A stretch of 62,998 bases of DNA, filler included, from Licmophora abbreviata (lineage: Eukaryota): assembly GCA_900291995.1 (NCBI GenBank). It is 24 parts of 24 records of this genome, joined end to end, with 100 filler letters (N's around TTAATTAATTAA, not from the genome) between each part and the next. Parts side by side here need not be neighbours in the genome. Positions count along the whole stretch, not along the records: positions 42,754 to 43,959 come from OLMU01002237.1; positions 44,060 to 48,067 come from OLMU01002238.1; positions 48,168 to 49,600 come from OLMU01002239.1; positions 49,701 to 51,316 come from OLMU01002241.1; positions 51,417 to 54,741 come from OLMU01002243.1; 19 more parts are not named here. One strand, written 5' to 3'. Each line of letters opens with the position of its first letter. The first letter of the stretch is position 1. Position numbers and translations under genes: made by a program. The notes under the pieces were generated by a model. The model did no database searches, had not been told where the DNA came from, and was given only the letters and a program-made list of their open reading frames with translations. Positions 43,444 through 53,455 of the stretch are shown in pieces.

Positions 43444-44459
43444 TCAGCCTTGGGCGACCTTGGCCACCTCGGCCGCGAAATCCTCTTCCTTCTTCTCGAT
43501 GCCTTCGCCGACTTCAAGGCGCACATAGCCCAGAATCTCGGCGCCTGCTTCCTTCGCGGCGGCCTCGACCGTCAGGTCGGGATTGATGACGAATTGCTGA
43601 CCCAGCAGCGTGACCTCGGCCATGAACTTCTTCATGCGGCCGACGATCATCTTCTCGATCACTTCTTCCGGCTTGCCGGATTCGCGGGCGATGTCGATCT
43701 GGACCTGGCGTTCCTTCTCGACCACGGCGGGGTCAAGCTCGGCCTCGTTCAGCGCGGCGGGGTTGGTCGCGGCGATATGCATGGCGACCTGACGGCCAAA
43801 CGCCTCATCGCCGCCTTTCAGCGCGACCAGAACACCGATCTTACCCATGCCATCGGCCATGGCGTTATGGACATAGGACACCACGGTGTCACCTTCGATC
43901 GTGGCCATGCGGCGCAGCGACATGTTCTCGCCGATGGTGGCGATCTTGGCGGTGATGACNNNNNNNNNNNNNNNNNNNNNNNNNNNNNNNNNNNNNNNNN
44001 NNNTTAATTAATTAANNNNNNNNNNNNNNNNNNNNNNNNNNNNNNNNNNNNNNNNNNNNACATGTTCTCGCCGATGGTGGCGATCTTGGCGGTGATGACC
44101 TCTTCGACAGTCTTGCCATCCAGCGCGGCAGCCTTCAGCGCGTCGATATCCGACGTGCCGATGGCGACACCGGCGATCTTGCCGACCATGTCCTGGAAAT
44201 CGGCGTTCTTGGCGACGAAGTCGGTTTCGGCGTTCACCTCGACGGCGACGCCCTTGCCGCCTTCGACATTGACCGCGACAAGACCTTCGGCCGCGGTGCG
44301 GCCGGATTTCTTGGCCGCTTTGGCCAGACCCTTGGTGCGCAGCCAGTCGATTGCGGCTTCCATGTCACCATCGGTCTCGGTCAGCGCCTTCTTGGCGTCC
44401 ATCATGCCTGCGCCGGTCGTGTCGCGCAGCTCTTTCACCTGTGCAGCAGTGATAGCCAT
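43444..44459 (-). CDS. tsf: Elongation factor Ts (split by a zero-length gap)
   Basis: [36 protein letters not shown]; about 40 nt duplicated on both gap flanks. Confidence 0.97.
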
Positions 44460-44536
44460 CTGGGCTCTCCTTGGAATCGTCTGAATATGCAGGGGGCGGG
44501 ATAGCCCGGCCCCCATGTCGTTTTGATGAAAGCGGC

Positions 44537-45340
44537 TCAGCCTTCGGCAGCTTGCTCGGTCTTGGCCTCTTCGGCAGCCGGAGCTTCCTCGGCGGCGGCC
44601 TCTTCGGCAGGTGCCTCGATCATCTCGCCCAGATCGACGCCAGCGGCGCCAAGCTGCACGGCGGTGCCATCCAGAGCGGTGCGGCTCACCAGATCGCAAT
44701 AGAGCGAGATGGCGCGCGCGGCATCGTCATTGCCGGGGATGATGTAATCCACGCCGTCGGGCGAGCAGTTGGTGTCGACGATCGCGACGACCGGGATGCC
44801 CAGCTTGTTGGCTTCGGCAACGGCCAGCGCCTCTTTCTTGACGTCGATCACGAACAGCATGTCCGGCAGACCGCCCATTTCGCGGATGCCACCAAGGCTC
44901 GCCTGCAGTTTCTGCTGGTCGCGCTCGATGCCAAGACGCTCTTTCTTGGTCAGACCACCGGCACCGGCGCCCAGGATCTCGTCGATCTCGTTGAGGCGCT
45001 TGATCGACTGCGACACGGTCTGCCAGTTGGTCAGCGTGCCACCAAGCCAGCGGTGGTTCATGTAATACTGTGCGCAGCGGTCGGCGGCGTCCGCCACCGG
45101 CTGTGCGGCCTGACGCTTGGTGCCGACGAACAGGATGCGCCCGCCCTTCGAGACGACGTCGCGGATCGCGTTCAGCGCCGCGTCGAGCAGCGGAACCGTC
45201 TGTGTCAGGTCGATGATGTGAATGCCATTGCGCGCGCCATAGATGAACTCTCCCATACGGGGGTTCCAACGCTGCGTCTGGTGGCCGAAGTGAACGCCGG
45301 CTTCAAGCAGCTGACGCATGGTGAACTCGGGAAGAGCCAT
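44537..45340 (-). CDS. rpsB: 30S ribosomal protein S2
   Basis: [25 protein letters not shown]. Confidence 0.98.
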   Translation of the reverse strand: MALPEFTMRQLLEAGVHFGHQTQRWNPRMGEFIYGARNGIHIIDLTQTVPLLDAALNAIRDVVSKGGRILFVGTKRQAAQPVADAADRCAQYYMNHRWLGGTLTNWQTVSQSIKRLNEIDEILGAGAGGLTKKERLGIERDQQKLQASLGGIREMGGLPDMLFVIDVKKEALAVAEANKLGIPVVAIVDTNCSPDGVDYIIPGNDDAARAISLYCDLVSRTALDGTAVQLGAAGVDLGEMIEAPAEEAAAEEAPAAEEAKTEQAAEG

Positions 45341-45450
45341 GTCCGTTTCCTTTCCGGTTTAAGCCTCGGCACGGGATGAGAAGCGTTTGCTTCAACCGGT
45401 GGACCGACAGGGATGTCTCCCCTGTGAGCCCGCCCATGCCTGCGGGTGTA
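45341..45450 (-). promoter_or_regulatory. Structured rpsB 5' leader (probable S2 autoregulatory element)
   Basis: Stems such as ACAGGG/CCCTGT in the leader; S2-responsive leaders are widespread. Confidence 0.4.
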
Positions 45451-45530
45451 AGTGCGGCGCATATAGACCAGCCCCCGGGCGGGCGCAACCCCCCTGCCCG
45501 CCTCGGCGGCTTTCGAGGCGCGGTTTTCGC

Positions 45531-45569
45531 ACCGACGTTATACCGACGCGATACCGATGTGATACCGAT
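45531..45569. repeat. 11-bp imperfect tandem repeat (about 3.5 units)
   Basis: ACCGACGTTAT ACCGACGCGAT ACCGATGTGAT ACCGAT. Confidence 0.75.
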
Positions 45570-45634
45570 CGGGTAATCTGAGCCTTCATAAGGGGCCAGT
45601 CCCCGATTCGACATCCCGCCCTCGGAGGCCCGCA

Positions 45635-46564
45635 ATGCCCCTTCTTCACCCCAGCCCCGAGATCCGCGATGCGCTGCAAACCGGCCTGCCGGTCGTGGCG
45701 TTGGAATCCACGATCATCACCCATGGCCTGCCCTTTCCGCGCAATGTCGACACCGCCTTGTCGGTCGAGCAGGCGGTCCGCGATGCCGGGGCGATCCCGG
45801 CCACCATCGCCGTGACCGATGGCAAGATCAGGGTGGGTCTCACCCGCCAAGAGATTGAAACCCTTGCACAAACCCCCAACGTGGCCAAGCTCAGCCGCGC
45901 CGATCTGGCCGCCTGCATGGCGATGGGGGGCACCGGCTCCACCACGGTGGCGGCGACCATGATCTGTGCCGCGCGCGCCGGGATCAGCGTCTTCGCCACC
46001 GGCGGGATCGGCGGCGTGCATCGCGGCGCTGCCGAGACATTCGATATATCGGCCGACCTTACCGAACTTTCGCAAACCCCCGTAACCGTGGTCTGCGCCG
46101 GGGCCAAAGCCATCCTCGATCTGCCCAAGACATTGGAAACACTGGAAACTCTGGGCGTTCCCGTGATCGCCTTCGGGCAGGATGCTTTTCCCGCCTTCTG
46201 GTCCGCCGACTCCGGCCTGCCCGCACCCTTGCGCATGGACTGCCCGGCCCGGATCGCCCTCGCCCATCGGATGCGCGCCGCGCTTGGCCTGCCCGGCGGG
46301 CAGCTTGTCGTGAACCCCATCCCGCAAGGTTCTGAAATCCCTCGCGAAACTCTCGAGCCCCTGATCGCCGCCGCACAATCCGAGGCCGATGCCCAAGGCA
46401 TCACCGGCAAGGCTGTGACACCGTTTCTTCTGCGCCGCATCTCGAAGATGACCGACGGCGCCTCGCTGAGCGCCAATGTCGCGCTGATCCATGCGAATGC
46501 CCGACTGGCCGCGCGCATCGCAATCGCCGCCGCCAGCGACGATGCTGAACTGCCTGAAATATAA
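45635..46564 (+). CDS. psuG: Pseudouridine-5'-phosphate glycosidase
   Basis: VALESTIITHG, TTVAATM, ATGGIGGVHRG, DISADL, GK.VTPFLL. Confidence 0.93.
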   Translation: MPLLHPSPEIRDALQTGLPVVALESTIITHGLPFPRNVDTALSVEQAVRDAGAIPATIAVTDGKIRVGLTRQEIETLAQTPNVAKLSRADLAACMAMGGTGSTTVAATMICAARAGISVFATGGIGGVHRGAAETFDISADLTELSQTPVTVVCAGAKAILDLPKTLETLETLGVPVIAFGQDAFPAFWSADSGLPAPLRMDCPARIALAHRMRAALGLPGGQLVVNPIPQGSEIPRETLEPLIAAAQSEADAQGITGKAVTPFLLRRISKMTDGASLSANVALIHANARLAARIAIAAASDDAELPEI

Positions 46565-46665
46565 GCATTTACCACGCTATTGCAGCACCCCGAGGCCAAG
46601 CCCATTGTAGCAGGCCGCGAAACATCCTAGATAGCCGATGGGCTTTTCCTGAGCAGACATATGTC

Positions 46666-47358
46666 ATGACAACGCCGTTCGACGACACTCCGCAACCACC
46701 CCGCAAACCCGGCATGTTCGCCGGCATCCGGGCCAGTTTCCTCACCGGGCTTGTCGTGATCTTGCCGGTGGCCATGACCATATGGCTGATCTGGACCCTG
46801 ATGGGCTGGGTCGACAGCTTCGTGCTTCCCCTGATCCCATCCAATCTGCGCCCCGAGCATTACATCGGCATCAACCTGCGCGGCGTCGGCGTCATCATCT
46901 TCCTTGCGTTCACCATCATCGTCGGATGGATCGCCAAAGGTTTGATCGGCAAGTCGTTGATCCGCTTCGCAGAATCGCTGGTGAACCGGATGCCGGTGGT
47001 CCGCTCGATCTATTCCGGCGTCAAGCAGATCGCCGAGACGGTCTTCGCCCAGTCCGAGCGCAGCTTCGAAAAGGCCTGCCTCGTACAATACCCCCGCAAG
47101 GGCATCTGGGCGATCGGCTTCATCTCGACCACAGCCAAGGGCGAAGTCGCGGGCAAGGTGGACACTGTCTCGGAACTTCTCAGCGTGTTCGTGCCCACGA
47201 CGCCCAACCCGACCAGTGGCTTTCTGCTCTACTTCCCCCGCGAGGATGTGGTCGAGCTGTCGATGAGCGTTGAAGACGCCGCCAAGCTGGTGATCTCGGC
47301 AGGGCTTGTCTACCCCGGGGAATCTATCTCAAAAGACAAGCACAAGCGCCTGAAATAG
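46666..47358 (+). CDS. DUF502 membrane protein
   Basis: FLTGL...LP, SIYSGVKQ, VFVPTTPNPTSGF. Confidence 0.9.
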   Translation: MTTPFDDTPQPPRKPGMFAGIRASFLTGLVVILPVAMTIWLIWTLMGWVDSFVLPLIPSNLRPEHYIGINLRGVGVIIFLAFTIIVGWIAKGLIGKSLIRFAESLVNRMPVVRSIYSGVKQIAETVFAQSERSFEKACLVQYPRKGIWAIGFISTTAKGEVAGKVDTVSELLSVFVPTTPNPTSGFLLYFPREDVVELSMSVEDAAKLVISAGLVYPGESISKDKHKRLK

Positions 47359-47379
47359 CTGCGCAAAAGGCAGTTCGCG

Positions 47380-48495
47380 TCAGTTGTACATCGCCGCCAG
47401 ATCAACGCTGCTGCGCTGGTTCAGATCGTCGCAATGGGTCTGTAGGAACGTCTCCGCAGCAGCATATCCCGCATCGCGCAACCTGTGCAGCAGATAGGGC
47501 GTGGGCATCAGCTTGCTGGCGACCGACAGATCGCGCATCAGCACGTCATCGGCAATCATATGCACATGCACCCGCTTCATCGTGCCCGGCGTCAGGCTGC
47601 CATCCTCCAGCAAGCGCTGGACAAACCCGATGGCCCGCAATTCGCGCAGCAGAGATGAGTTGAAGCTGATCTCGTTGATCCGGTTCTGGATCTCCTGCGG
47701 GCTTTTGGGGACATCCTCGCGCACCAGCGGGTTGATATGCACGATGAGGATATCCTCGGGCAGCTCCGGCGCAAAAAGCGGGAACAGCGCCGGATTGCCG
47801 GTATATCCCCCGTCCCAGTAATGCTCGCCGTCAATCTCGACCGCCTTGAACAGCGTCGGAAGGCACGCCGAGGCCAGCAGGCTGTCGGTCGAGATGTCAT
47901 CCCCTGTGAAAACCCGGATCTTGCCATTATGCACATTCGTCGCGCCTACGAAAAAGCGTGGCCCGGCGTCGGAACATACCTTGTCATAATGAAACTGCGC
48001 GGCGATCCGTTCCAGCGGGTTCACATAGAACGGCCCGTAGGCATAAGGCGTAACGGCCCGCGTCATCNNNNNNNNNNNNNNNNNNNNNNNNNNNNNNNNN
48101 NNNNNNNNNNNTTAATTAATTAANNNNNNNNNNNNNNNNNNNNNNNNNNNNNNNNNNNNNNNNNNNNCCATCGCAAACGGCACCGAGGCTTCCAGCGCGG
48201 CACTCACAGCCCCCGGCGCCGGCATCGCGCCCGCCATCCATGCAGGCATCCGGATATCGCGCACAGCCCCCATCTGCTCCCAGAGCCAGGACAGGTTCTC
48301 ACGCGCGCCCGCGTGCCCGCCTTCGAGCATCCCCGATTTCAACGCCGCGCCATTCAAGGCCCCCGCCGATGTGCCCGAGATACCGGCGATCTCGATCCCG
48401 TCATCCTCAAGCAGACGGTCCAGAACGCCCCAAGTGAACGCCCCATGCGCGCCCCCACCCTGCAAGGCCAGGTTGATCCGTTTCTTCTGGCTCAT
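47380..48495 (-). CDS. Patatin-like phospholipase/esterase (split by gap)
   Basis: GGGAHG, GTSAG nucleophile, WDGG. Confidence 0.9.
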
Positions 48496-48502
48496 GCGCG
48501 GC

Positions 48503-49276
48503 TCACAGCGCGGTCCAGCCGCCATCGACGCTGATCGTGGTGCCCGTCACCTGCGCCGCCGCATCCGAGCACAGATACATCGCCGTTCCGCCCAACTGTT
48601 TGATCGTGGCAAATTCCTTGGACGGTTGCCGTTCCAGCAGGACGTTGCGGATCACATCCTCGCGCGACATGTCGTATTGCTTCATCGTGTCGGGGATCTG
48701 CGCCTCGACCAGCGGCGTCAGCACATAGCCCGGGCAGATCGCATTGGCCGTGATCGGCTCCTGTGCCGTCTCCAGCGCGGTCACCTTGGTCAGTCCGATC
48801 ACCCCATGCTTTGCCGCGACATAAGCCGCCTTGTAAGGGCTCGCCGTCAGACCATGTGCCGAGGAAATATTGATGACCCGGCCCCAGCCCGCCTTGCGCA
48901 TCAGCGGCAGCGCCGCCGCTGTCGTATGAAAAGCCGAACTGAGGTTGATCGCGAGGATCATGTCCCATTTCTCGGTCGGGAACTGGTCGATGGGCGCCAC
49001 ATGCTGAACACCGGCATTGTTGACCAGAATCTCGCAGGCGCCCGCCTGCTCCACCAGCGCGCGGCAGGCTTCGGGGTTGGACATGTCGGCACGGATATAC
49101 CGCGCACTGATTCCATGATCGCGCGCCAGCCGATCGGCGATGGCATGATCTTCTTCGGTGTCGGTGAAGGAATTCAGGATCACGTTCGCGCCGTTACGGG
49201 CCAGCTCCTCGGCGATACCCAGCCCGATCCCCGAGGTCGATCCCGTCACGATTGCGGTCTTGCCTGAAATGCCCAT
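48503..49276 (-). CDS. bdhA: D-3-hydroxybutyrate dehydrogenase
   Basis: TGSTSGIG, NNAGVQH, SAHG, YVAAKHG, CPGYVLTPLV..QI, DGGWTA. Confidence 0.9.
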   Translation of the reverse strand: MGISGKTAIVTGSTSGIGLGIAEELARNGANVILNSFTDTEEDHAIADRLARDHGISARYIRADMSNPEACRALVEQAGACEILVNNAGVQHVAPIDQFPTEKWDMILAINLSSAFHTTAAALPLMRKAGWGRVINISSAHGLTASPYKAAYVAAKHGVIGLTKVTALETAQEPITANAICPGYVLTPLVEAQIPDTMKQYDMSREDVIRNVLLERQPSKEFATIKQLGGTAMYLCSDAAAQVTGTTISVDGGWTAL

Positions 49277-49395
49277 GTCTCGATCTCCTGTGGTTCGCGC
49301 CCGCCTTTCATGGCAGACCTATGCGACCGCAGCATAATTGCTGCGTGTGCGAATTGCACGGGAAAGCGGACAATGGATGACGGACCACCCGGACC

Positions 49396-49471
49396 AAAAA
49401 AAACGCCGGCACGAAGCCGGCGTTAAGTTATTGAGGCAGGTTTCATACAGGCAAGAAACCTATCGAGCAGT
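49396..49471 (-). ncRNA. Candidate ~76-nt sRNA
   Basis: Promoter TTGGAT(49506-49501)-17 nt-TATAAA(49483-49478); hairpin AGGUUUC/GAAACCU; terminator CGCCGGC-uucgu-GCCGGCG followed by U8. Confidence 0.65.
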
Positions 49472-49700
49472 GATCCCTTTATAAGCAATCTGGCGCCGCG
49501 ATCCAAGCTAAAAGTTTGAAAAGACGTGAATCCGGCTCTACGGTCCAAGCTCAAGCGGATAAGGACGAACAGGAATTGTTGCTGAAATGAGATCGGATTT
49601 NNNNNNNNNNNNNNNNNNNNNNNNNNNNNNNNNNNNNNNNNNNNTTAATTAATTAANNNNNNNNNNNNNNNNNNNNNNNNNNNNNNNNNNNNNNNNNNNN

Positions 49701-50577
49701 GTTCGTGATGAACACCCGCCGCCCGCCTCTGGATGACTGGCGCGTCCGCGAGGCGCTCCTTCAGGCGTTCAACTTCGAGTATATCAACGACACCCTGACC
49801 GGCGGTCTGCAGCCCCGGATCACCTCGTATTTCTCCAATTCCGAATTGGGGATGCAACCCGGCCCCGCCACGGGCCGCGTGCGCGATCTGCTCATGCCTT
49901 TCGCTAGCAGCCTGCCGCCCGGTGCGCTCGAAGGCTATACCCTGCCCGTCAGCGATGGATCGGCGCGCAACCGCGGAAATCTGCGCGTGGCGATCGGCCT
50001 GCTCGAAGAGGCGGGCTGGACCGTTCAGGACGGTGAATTGCGCGATGCCGATGGGCAGCCCTTCCGCCTCGAAGTGCTGTTGCAGCAGGATGCGCTGATC
50101 CAGCAAGCCACCGCGATCATGGATATCTATGCCCGCGCGCTGGAACGTCTGGGGATCGATCTGCAGGTGCAGTCCATCGACAAGGCGCAATTCGCCGAAC
50201 GCGAGCGGCTCTTTGACTTCGACATGACCTTCATGCGCCGGTCCCTGTCGCTCAGCCCGGGCAATGAACAGCGCTTCTATTGGGGGTCCGAGGCCGCCGA
50301 GCAGCCCGGCAGCCGCAACCTGATGGGCATGACATCGCCCGCCGCCGACGCGATGATCGACGCGTTGCTGACCTCTCGCACCCGCGAGGATTTCGTCGCG
50401 GCCACCCGCGCGCTCGACCGGGTCCTGACTGCGGGGCGCTATGTGATTCCGATCCACAACTACGCCGTGGGCAGGATTGCCCATCTCAAGGAATTGAAGT
50501 ATCCTGTGGATAACCTACCGATTTACGGGGACGGAATTCATTTCCTGCCCGAAGTCTGGTGGTTCGAAGAAAACTAA
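49701..50577 (+). CDS. Family 5 extracellular solute-binding protein, YejA-like (5' end in gap)
   Basis: NTRR..L.D.RVR.AL..AF.FE, SPGNEQ...WGS, RALDRVL. Confidence 0.85.
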
Positions 50578-50608
50578 AAACAGCAGTCCAAGATACTCAG
50601 GCAACACC

Positions 50609-50722
50609 ATGAAACATATGATCGCCCTTGGCCTTCTTGTGGCCCTGTCCGCCTGCGCCACGATTGATGGCGTCGGGCAGGATATCTCGGGCGCCGCGCG
50701 CGGCGTTCAAAGCTGGTTCTGA
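50609..50722 (+). CDS. Entericidin EcnA/B-like small lipoprotein (37 aa, below the ORF-track cutoff)
   Basis: MKHMIALGLLVALSAC-ATIDGVGQDISGAARGVQSWF: lipobox LSAC and the CxT..G.G.DI motif. Confidence 0.8.
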   Translation: MKHMIALGLLVALSACATIDGVGQDISGAARGVQSWF

Positions 50723-50801
50723 TCGGGCGCACGCGCCCCGTTCGCCACGCATGCAGGACCGGCCCTGCTGGCCAAGGCCAGCCGGGTCTTTCGTCCTGCC
50801 G

Positions 50802-51316
50802 CTACGCCAGTGAAGTCACCCAAAGGATCGTCGCATCCTCGTCGCTGACCGAGATCACATTATGCCCCATCGTGGCATCGTAATAGGCGCTGTCGCCCCG
50901 GCGCATCTCGATCGCCTCGTAGAATTCCGTATACAGCCGGATCACCCCGGTCAGCACGTATAGGAATTCCTCGCCGTCATGGCGCACCCAGCCATCGAAC
51001 TCGTCCATGTGCCGGGCCCGGATGCGGGCGCGATAGGGCAGCATCTTCTTCTTGGTCAGCGCCTCCCCCAGCAGGACATGCTCATAGGTGGTCGTGGCCT
51101 GATGCTGGCCCTCGCCGGACTTGGTCACCGACATACGCCCGCTGATCTTTTCGCGCTGCGGCGGCGTAAAAAGCTGCGGCACCGTAATCTCAAGACCCAC
51201 CGCCAGCTTCTTGAGCGCCTCATAGGTGGGCGACATCTGACCGTTCTCGATCTTGCTCAGGGTCGAGCGCGCCAGCCCCGCCTGACTGGCCGCCTGCTCC
51301 AGCGTCCAGCCGCGCG
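50802..51316 (-). CDS. XRE-family HTH regulator with cupin domain (5' end in gap)
   Basis: TLEQAA..AGL..STLSKIENG..SP, H.GEEF.YV..G, GDS.YYD....H. Confidence 0.85.
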
Positions 51317-51416
51317 NNNNNNNNNNNNNNNNNNNNNNNNNNNNNNNNNNNNNNNNNNNNTTAATTAATTAANNNNNNNNNNNNNNNNNNNNNNNNNNNN
51401 NNNNNNNNNNNNNNNN

Positions 51417-52436
51417 GGCACCTCGGGCGTGCCGCGCGCGGTGTGTCATGCGCATCGGGCGATCTGGGCGCGGGGCATGATGATGCAGGGCTGGTACGGT
51501 CTGCGGGCCGATGACCGCCTGCTCCATGCCGGTGCCTTCAACTGGACCTACACGCTCGGCACCGGGCTGATGGACCCCTGGACCATGGGCGCCACCGCCC
51601 TCATTCCCGAAGCCGGCACGGACCCTGCGCAACTGCCTCTGCTGCTCAAGCGCCATGACGCCACGATCTTCGCCGCCGCCCCCGGTGTCTACCGCAAGAT
51701 GCTGGGCGATGCGCCGATGCCGCCCCTGCCAAGGCTGCGCCATGGCCTTGCCGCGGGCGAAAAACTCTCGGAAAACATCCGCCAGCACTGGCAAGACGCC
51801 ACCGGCACCGCCATCCACGAGGCTTACGGGATGTCGGAATGCTCCACCTTCATCTCCGCCAGCCCCGATCATCCAGCCACCCCCGGCACTCTGGGTCGCC
51901 CGCAACCCGGTCGGCGTGTGGCGATCCTCGGTCCGGACGGTCCCGTGGCGCTTGGCGATGAAGGCACCATCGCCATTCACCGCAGTGATCCGGGCCTGAT
52001 GCTGGGCTATCTCGATGCGCCCGACGAAACGCAAGCCCGCTTTCAGGACGACTGGTTCCTGACCGGCGATCAGGGCGTGATGGACGCTGCGGGCGATATC
52101 ACCTATCTTGGCCGCTCGGACGACATGATGAACGCAGGCGGCATCCGCGTGTCGCCCATCGAGGTGGAAATGGTGCTCAATCATCATCCCGCCATCACCC
52201 AAAGCGCCGTCACCGATATCGAGGTGAAGCCCGATCTGCGTGTCATCATGGCCTTCTATACCGCGCCGCAAAGGGTGGACGACGCCGCCCTTGACGCCTA
52301 CGTCTTGGACAGTCTCGCCGCCTACAAGCGGCCCCGCGCCTATATTCATGTCGATGCTCTGCCGACCGGGGCCAATGGCAAACTCCTGCGCCGCAAGCTG
52401 CGGCCGATCTACGAGGCCCTCAATGGTCAAGCTTGA
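51417..52436 (+). CDS. AMP-forming acyl-CoA ligase (5' end in gap)
   Basis: GTSGVPR, YGMSE, TGD, GRSDD, TGANGK. Confidence 0.85.
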   Translation, partial: GTSGVPRAVCHAHRAIWARGMMMQGWYGLRADDRLLHAGAFNWTYTLGTGLMDPWTMGATALIPEAGTDPAQLPLLLKRHDATIFAAAPGVYRKMLGDAPMPPLPRLRHGLAAGEKLSENIRQHWQDATGTAIHEAYGMSECSTFISASPDHPATPGTLGRPQPGRRVAILGPDGPVALGDEGTIAIHRSDPGLMLGYLDAPDETQARFQDDWFLTGDQGVMDAAGDITYLGRSDDMMNAGGIRVSPIEVEMVLNHHPAITQSAVTDIEVKPDLRVIMAFYTAPQRVDDAALDAYVLDSLAAYKRPRAYIHVDALPTGANGKLLRRKLRPIYEALNGQA

Positions 52437-53088
52437 CATCATTTCCGACCCGATCTGCCCTTGGTGCTACATCGGCAAGACCTATCTGGATGCGGCCCTT
52501 GCCGCGCGTCCCGATCATCCGTTCACGCTGGAATGGCATCCCTTCCAGCTCAATCCCGACATGCCGCCCGCAGGCATGGACCGCCGCACCTATCTCGAGG
52601 GCAAGTTCGGCGGCAAGGAGGGCGCGGTCAAAGCCTATATGCCCGTGGTCCAAAAGGCGCAGGAGGCGGGGCTTTCGCTGAATTTCGAGGCGATCACCCG
52701 CACCCCCAACACCCTTGACGCGCACCGCCTGATCCATTGGGCCGGGATCGAGGACCGCCAGACACCGATGGCCATGGCGCTCTTTCGGGCCTATTTCGAA
52801 GAGGGCCGCGATATCGGTGACGCCGAAGTTCTGGCCGATCTGGCCGATGGGCTGGACATGGACGCCGCGATGATCCGCCGCCTGCTCGACAGCGATGCCA
52901 ACCGCGACGCGATCCGTGCCCGCGACACCCAGTTCCGCGAGATGGGCGTGACATCGGTGCCCACCTTCATCGTGGCAGGCCAGCACGCCGTGCCCGGCGC
53001 GCAACCCGCCGATCTGTGGCTCAAGGTGATCGACGAGATCACCGACCAGATCGCCCGCGGCGATGACCCGACAGGGGGCGCAGCCTGA
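52423..53088 (+). CDS. DsbA-family (FrnE-like) oxidoreductase
   Basis: SDPICPWCYIG, PFQLNP, GVTSVPTF. Confidence 0.9.
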   Translation: MVKLDIISDPICPWCYIGKTYLDAALAARPDHPFTLEWHPFQLNPDMPPAGMDRRTYLEGKFGGKEGAVKAYMPVVQKAQEAGLSLNFEAITRTPNTLDAHRLIHWAGIEDRQTPMAMALFRAYFEEGRDIGDAEVLADLADGLDMDAAMIRRLLDSDANRDAIRARDTQFREMGVTSVPTFIVAGQHAVPGAQPADLWLKVIDEITDQIARGDDPTGGAA

Positions 53089-53092
53089 TCCC

Positions 53093-53455
53093 ATGACCGG
53101 CGTCAAGATCCTCTCGCTGATCGCAATGGTGCTGATGATCATCGCTGGCGGCACTGTGTTCTTTCGCCTCGTCGAAGGGTGGAGCTGGCTTGACAGCTAT
53201 TTCTTTACCGTCGTGACCCTCTCGACCGTGGGCTACGGCGAACTGGTGCCCGCCACGCCCTTGGGCAAGATCGGGACCACGGTCTTTATCCTCGTGGGGC
53301 TTGGCATCTTTGCCGTGGCGATCCAGCAATTCGGCGCTTTTGCCGTGCGCAAACGCGAAGAACATACCGAATGGCTCATCGCGCGGCTTGGTCACCACCA
53401 CCGCCCCGAACAGGACCCGCCCGCCGCAAACGAACCCGAAAGCCCCGACAAATGA
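53093..53455 (+). CDS. Minimal two-TM potassium channel (KcsA-like)
   Basis: DSYFFTVVTLSTVGYGE selectivity filter between two TM helices. Confidence 0.85.
   Translation: MTGVKILSLIAMVLMIIAGGTVFFRLVEGWSWLDSYFFTVVTLSTVGYGELVPATPLGKIGTTVFILVGLGIFAVAIQQFGAFAVRKREEHTEWLIARLGHHHRPEQDPPAANEPESPDK

Noticed and set aside
43920..44099. Direct repeats inside tsf and around 54698-54885
   Set aside because: Overlapping contig ends duplicated on both sides of a linker.
50505..50513. Single TGTGGATAA DnaA box
   Set aside because: Isolated and inside a coding sequence; compatible with chance.
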